DNA from: Centroscyllium fabricii
Taxonomy: Eukaryota
Reading direction: 5' to 3'
Assembly (NCBI GenBank): GCA_051313645.2
Contig: JBNRSN020000021.1
Location: 78,058,001-78,122,000 of the forward strand
DNA: 64,000 nt
The position numbers and the translations under genes are program-made. The notes beneath the pieces were generated by a model, which searched no databases, was not told the origin of the DNA, and saw nothing but the letters and a program-made list of their open reading frames with translations. Positions 59,896 to 64,000 of this stretch are shown piece after piece (positions within the stretch are counted from its first letter, which is position 1; the number at the start of each line of letters is the position of its first letter).

Positions 59896-62800
59896 TGTGA
59901 CACGATTACTGGGACATGCCCAGGTTGGCTCCGCCCACAACTCCTCCCTCCCAGGAGGGGGTATATAAGTGGCAGCCTCCCATCCCCCGGCTATACCTGG
60001 GGACAGTCGACTAGCTGGTGTATGTCCCACCTTTTAGTTAATAAAAGCCGCATTGTTTCTCTTCCTAACTACTCGTCCACGAGGTCGTTATTTCGGTCAC
60101 AATTTTATTAACTAAATTTTGAAGATGGACGCCATGCTCAAGCCAGCGACGTTTGAACTGGACCCCCGAACACCAGGTGCATCAAACACCTTTACACACT
60201 GGTACAGTGTCTTTGATGCGTACCTAAGAGCGAACGCAGCGGTCGTAGTGACCGAAGAGGACAAACGACGGCTCCTCAACGCCCGGGTGGGCCCTCAGGT
60301 GTACTCCATGATCGTGGATGCATCATCCTACTTGGATGCCATCAGGATCCTCAAGGCGGAGTACAACTGGGCACCCAATATCGTCCACGCCAGACATATC
60401 CTAGCCACCAGGAAGCAGCAACCCGGTGAGTCCAGTGTGGAATTTTTAAGAGCGCTGAGAGTGCTTTCACGGGCCTGTGACTGCAGAGCGCTAACGGCCC
60501 CGGTCCATGCAGACAGCCTCATCAGAGATGCGTATGTGACAGGCCTCAGGTCGGACTATGTAAGACAGAGGCTGTTAGAGCAGAACGGCCTTGACCTGCA
60601 GGCAACCGCGGATCTGGGAAATGCGCTGGACGTGGCCTCGCTAAATCTCTCGTCCTACTCCAGCAACTATATGGGCCCAGCCCCGTCATCTTGGACAACG
60701 CCGGCGCAACGGCCGGCAGAAGAAATGATCGCAGCCGCTCACGCGAAGACGGCTAAATGCTACTTCTGTGGGCAGTCTCAGCACCCGAGCCGTAACTGCC
60801 CGGCAAGAGAAGCGGCCTGCTCGAAATGTGGAAAAAAGGGACATTACGCCAAAGTTTGTAAGACGACCACATCAACCACAAAACCGAAACCGGGCAGCGC
60901 CGCGTGTGGAACATGGGAGCAGCCATATTGGACTCAACCATCCCCCACTCAGCTCCCCGCGTGGCAGCAGCAGTTGCCATATTGGACCCAGCCACCCCCT
61001 CCGCAGTACACCGCATGGAGGCAGCCATCTTGGGGATCAGCACCGGAGGACTACTCTTCGGATCAAGAAGAATCGGCTGACCCAATATTGGCATCGGTGA
61101 CTCTCGACCAGAACAGGGCCCAATCGCTCGGGAATTCGATGATGCCTGTAGAAGTGAATGGACAAGAAGTGGTGTGCCTTTTCGACAGTGGGAGCACGGT
61201 GAGTTTTATTAATCCCGAGACAGTAGAGCGCCTCTCCCTTAAGGTTATACCTGCGAGCCAAAGAATTTCGATGGCTTCTAAATCAGAATCTGCGGACGTC
61301 TCCGGGCGTTGCGCAGTTGCACTAACGGTACAGGGCGCGCTCTTTGATAATTTTAGTTTTTTCGTGCTGCCGCAGCTCTGCGCCCCATTACTTTTGGGCC
61401 TGGACTTCCAGTGCCACCTCCAGAGTGTTACCATGGCGTTCGGTGGGCCCCTTCCCTCGCTCACGGTCAGAAACCGGCGCTCAGCGCAGCACCCCCGGCA
61501 CGCTACCTGTGGCCTCTCGACCCTTAAGGTCGCCCCTCCCTCACTCTTCGCTAACCTCACCCCAGACTGCAAGCCCGTCGCCACCAAGAGTAGGCGCTAC
61601 AGTGCTGGGAACATGGACTTTATTAAGTCCGAGGTGCAGCGCCTCCTGAAAGAGGGGGTCATCGAGGCCAGTAATAGCCCCTGGAGGGCGCAGGTAGTGC
61701 TGGTCAAAACCGGAGCGAAGAACCGGATGGTCGTTGACTACAGTCAGACCATAAACCGGTTCACACAGTTAGACGCTTACCCCCTTCCCCGGATAGCGGA
61801 CATGGTGAACCAGATCGCACAGTTCAGGGTGTTCTCCACCATCGATCTCAAGTCCGCTTATCACCAGCTTCCCATTCGCCCAGAGGACCGTCTCTATGCA
61901 GCCTTCGAGGCTGACGGTCGCCTCTATCACTTCCTTAGGGTCCCGTTTGGCGTCACGAATGGGGTCTCGGTATTCCAAAGGGAGATGGACCGAATGGTCG
62001 ATCGGTACGGGCTGCGAGCCACTTTCCCGTACCTCGATAACGTGACCATCTGCGGCCACGACCAGCAGGACCATGACGCCAACCTCCAGAAATTTCTCCA
62101 CACCGCCAAAACACTTAATTTGACTTATAACACCGAAAAGTGCGTGTTTAGTACCACCCGCCTGGCCATCCTTGGCAGTGTTGTGGAGAATGGGGTCATC
62201 AGTCCCGACCCGGACCGCATGCGCCCCCTCATGGAGCTCCCCCTCCCCCACTCCCCCAAGGCCCTTAAACGGTGCTTGGGGTTCTTTGCGTATTACGCCC
62301 AGTGGGTCCCCAATTACGCGGACAAAGCTCGCCCACTGCTCAAATCTACCTCTTTTCCCCTGTCCGCAGAAGCCAGCTTGGCGTTCTGCGGCATTAAGAA
62401 CGACATCGCAAAAGCCACGATGCACGCTATGGACGAGTCCGTCCTGTTCCAGGTTGAGAGCGATGCATCGGACTTTGCCCTGGCCGCCACCCTTAACCAG
62501 GCGGGCAGACCCGTGGCCTCCTTCTCACGTACCCTCCAGGGCCCCAAGACCCGTCACTCCTCAGTCGAGAAGGAGGCCCAGGCCATCGTTGAAGCAGTGC
62601 GTCACTGGAAGCACTACCTGGCTGGCAATCGTTTTACTCTGTTGACTGACCAACGATCAGTCGCTTTTATGTTCAACAACAAAGAGCGGGGTAAAATCAA
62701 GAACGACAAGATATTGAGGTGGAGAATTGAACTCTCCGCGTTTAATTATGATATCTTGTACCGGCCCGGGAAATTTAACGAACCCCCAGACGCCCTATCC

Positions 62801-64000
62801 CGCGGTACCTGTGCCGGCGCACAGACAGACCACCTCCAAACCCTGCACAATGACCTCTGCCACCCGGGGGTCACCAGGCTGGTTCACTTCGTGAAGTCCC
62901 GCAACCTCCCTTACTCTATCGAAGAGGTCAAGACCCTGACCAGCAACTGCCAGGTCTGCGCGGAGTGCAAGCCGCACTTCTACCGGCCAGACCGGGCGCA
63001 CTTGATTAAGGCCACTCGCCCCTTTGAACGACTCAGCGTCGATTTCAAAGGACCCCTTCCCTCCTCCAACAGGAATGTGTACTTCCTCAATGTGATTGAT
63101 GAGTACTCCCGCTTCCCCTTTGCCATCCCCTGCCCGGACATGACCTCCGCCACTGTCATCAAAGCCCTCAATAGCATCTTCTCCCTGTTCGGCTATCCCA
63201 ACTACATTCATAGTGACCGGGGGGCGTCCTTTATGAGTGACGAGCTGCGTCAGTTCCTGCTAGCCAAAGGCATCGCGACTAGCAGGACTACCAGCTACAA
63301 CCCCCGGGGAAACGGGCAGGTAGAGAGGGAGAACGCCAGTGTCTGGAAGGCCATCCTGTTAGCCCTACGGTCTAAAGTCCTCCCAGTCTCCCGATGGCAG
63401 GACGTCCTCCCTGAAGCGCTCCACTCTATCCGGTCCCTCCTGTGTACTGCCACTAATGCCACCCCTCACGAAAGACTTTTTGCCTTCCCCAGGAAGTCGG
63501 CTTCCGGGACCTCGCTACCATCGTGGCTGCTATCCCCGGGACTGGTCCTACTACGGAAGCACGTGAGGGGACAGAAGGCAGATCCCCTGGTCGAACGGGT
63601 CCACCTCCTGCACGCCAACCCCCAGTACGCCTACGTGGCGTACCCCGACGGGAGGGAGGACACAGTGTCCATAAAGGACCTGGCGCCAGCGGGACTCCCC
63701 AAACCCAGCCCCGCCCAGCAGCCCGAGCACCCAAGAAGCGCCGCCCAGCAGCCCGCGCACCCAAAACGCCCAGTCACGCCACCGGCGCCAAGGTACGCTC
63801 CCCGGCACGTGGACCCAGTACCCCAGTATGCCCACCCGGCACCTGCGAGCAGCACGGCTTGGCCCCCAGCTTGGCTCCACAGCGCACGCCCCCTAGAGTC
63901 AGAGGACGAAGGAGAGAGCACGCCCCCTGCTGTCAGCATAAGGGCACCACCACCCAGAAACCTACCAACGACCACCGCTCGCCAACCGGCACCGGCACCA
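59896..64000 (+). mobile_element. Gypsy LTR retrotransposon D, running off the window
   Basis: Inferred 5' LTR 59896-60101 (TG...CA, TATATAA, AATAAA), followed by gag-pol. The 3' LTR is outside the window. Confidence 0.9.
60125..64000 (+). CDS. Apparently intact Gag-Pol of Gypsy D, open to the window end
   Basis: ATG at 60125, RT YLDN (62030) and integrase DFKG (63041) share one frame. It is absent from the ORF track, consistent with no stop in the window. Confidence 0.88.
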   Translation, partial: MDAMLKPATFELDPRTPGASNTFTHWYSVFDAYLRANAAVVVTEEDKRRLLNARVGPQVYSMIVDASSYLDAIRILKAEYNWAPNIVHARHILATRKQQPGESSVEFLRALRVLSRACDCRALTAPVHADSLIRDAYVTGLRSDYVRQRLLEQNGLDLQATADLGNALDVASLNLSSYSSNYMGPAPSSWTTPAQRPAEEMIAAAHAKTAKCYFCGQSQHPSRNCPAREAACSKCGKKGHYAKVCKTTTSTTKPKPGSAACGTWEQPYWTQPSPTQLPAWQQQLPYWTQPPPPQYTAWRQPSWGSAPEDYSSDQEESADPILASVTLDQNRAQSLGNSMMPVEVNGQEVVCLFDSGSTVSFINPETVERLSLKVIPASQRISMASKSESADVSGRCAVALTVQGALFDNFSFFVLPQLCAPLLLGLDFQCHLQSVTMAFGGPLPSLTVRNRRSAQHPRHATCGLSTLKVAPPSLFANLTPDCKPVATKSRRYSAGNMDFIKSEVQRLLKEGVIEASNSPWRAQVVLVKTGAKNRMVVDYSQTINRFTQLDAYPLPRIADMVNQIAQFRVFSTIDLKSAYHQLPIRPEDRLYAAFEADGRLYHFLRVPFGVTNGVSVFQREMDRMVDRYGLRATFPYLDNVTICGHDQQDHDANLQKFLHTAKTLNLTYNTEKCVFSTTRLAILGSVVENGVISPDPDRMRPLMELPLPHSPKALKRCLGFFAYYAQWVPNYADKARPLLKSTSFPLSAEASLAFCGIKNDIAKATMHAMDESVLFQVESDASDFALAATLNQAGRPVASFSRTLQGPKTRHSSVEKEAQAIVEAVRHWKHYLAGNRFTLLTDQRSVAFMFNNKERGKIKNDKILRWRIELSAFNYDILYRPGKFNEPPDALSRGTCAGAQTDHLQTLHNDLCHPGVTRLVHFVKSRNLPYSIEEVKTLTSNCQVCAECKPHFYRPDRAHLIKATRPFERLSVDFKGPLPSSNRNVYFLNVIDEYSRFPFAIPCPDMTSATVIKALNSIFSLFGYPNYIHSDRGASFMSDELRQFLLAKGIATSRTTSYNPRGNGQVERENASVWKAILLALRSKVLPVSRWQDVLPEALHSIRSLLCTATNATPHERLFAFPRKSASGTSLPSWLLSPGLVLLRKHVRGQKADPLVERVHLLHANPQYAYVAYPDGREDTVSIKDLAPAGLPKPSPAQQPEHPRSAAQQPAHPKRPVTPPAPRYAPRHVDPVPQYAHPAPASSTAWPPAWLHSARPLESEDEGESTPPAVSIRAPPPRNLPTTTARQPAPAP

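Overview
Eukaryotic, vertebrate DNA. The repeat set (HE1 V-SINEs, HER1/CR1 LINEs, SacSINE1-like Deu-SINEs, Rex1/Babar, RTE, Penelope) points to a shark or other cartilaginous fish; this is inferred from family recognition, not a search. I could not support any host exon, so the window reads as intronic or intergenic and heavily nested with transposons. It has one 200-N assembly gap (9279-9478). Main contents: (1) A very young 10-kb retrovirus-like LTR element (41419-51395, minus). It has 1756-bp LTRs, a 4-bp TSD, a perfect tRNA-Arg(TCG) PBS overlapping the gag ATG, in-frame gag-UGA-CUA-pol, a degenerate tether RNase H plus a second retroviral-type RNase H, an in-frame deletion of the integrase core and no env. 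A solo LTR of the same family lies at 15467-17228. (2) Four related short-LTR Gypsy elements with no tRNA PBS. In three of them the PBS position is perfectly complementary, with compensatory changes between families, to the poly(A)-signal region of their own LTR, which suggests self-priming. (3) A 5S-rRNA-headed SINE and other short elements sharing a Rex1-type 3' tail. (4) Harbinger, hAT and Tc1/mariner-type non-autonomous DNA elements and a Penelope fragment with a minimal hammerhead ribozyme. Coordinates were counted by hand and may be off by a few bases.
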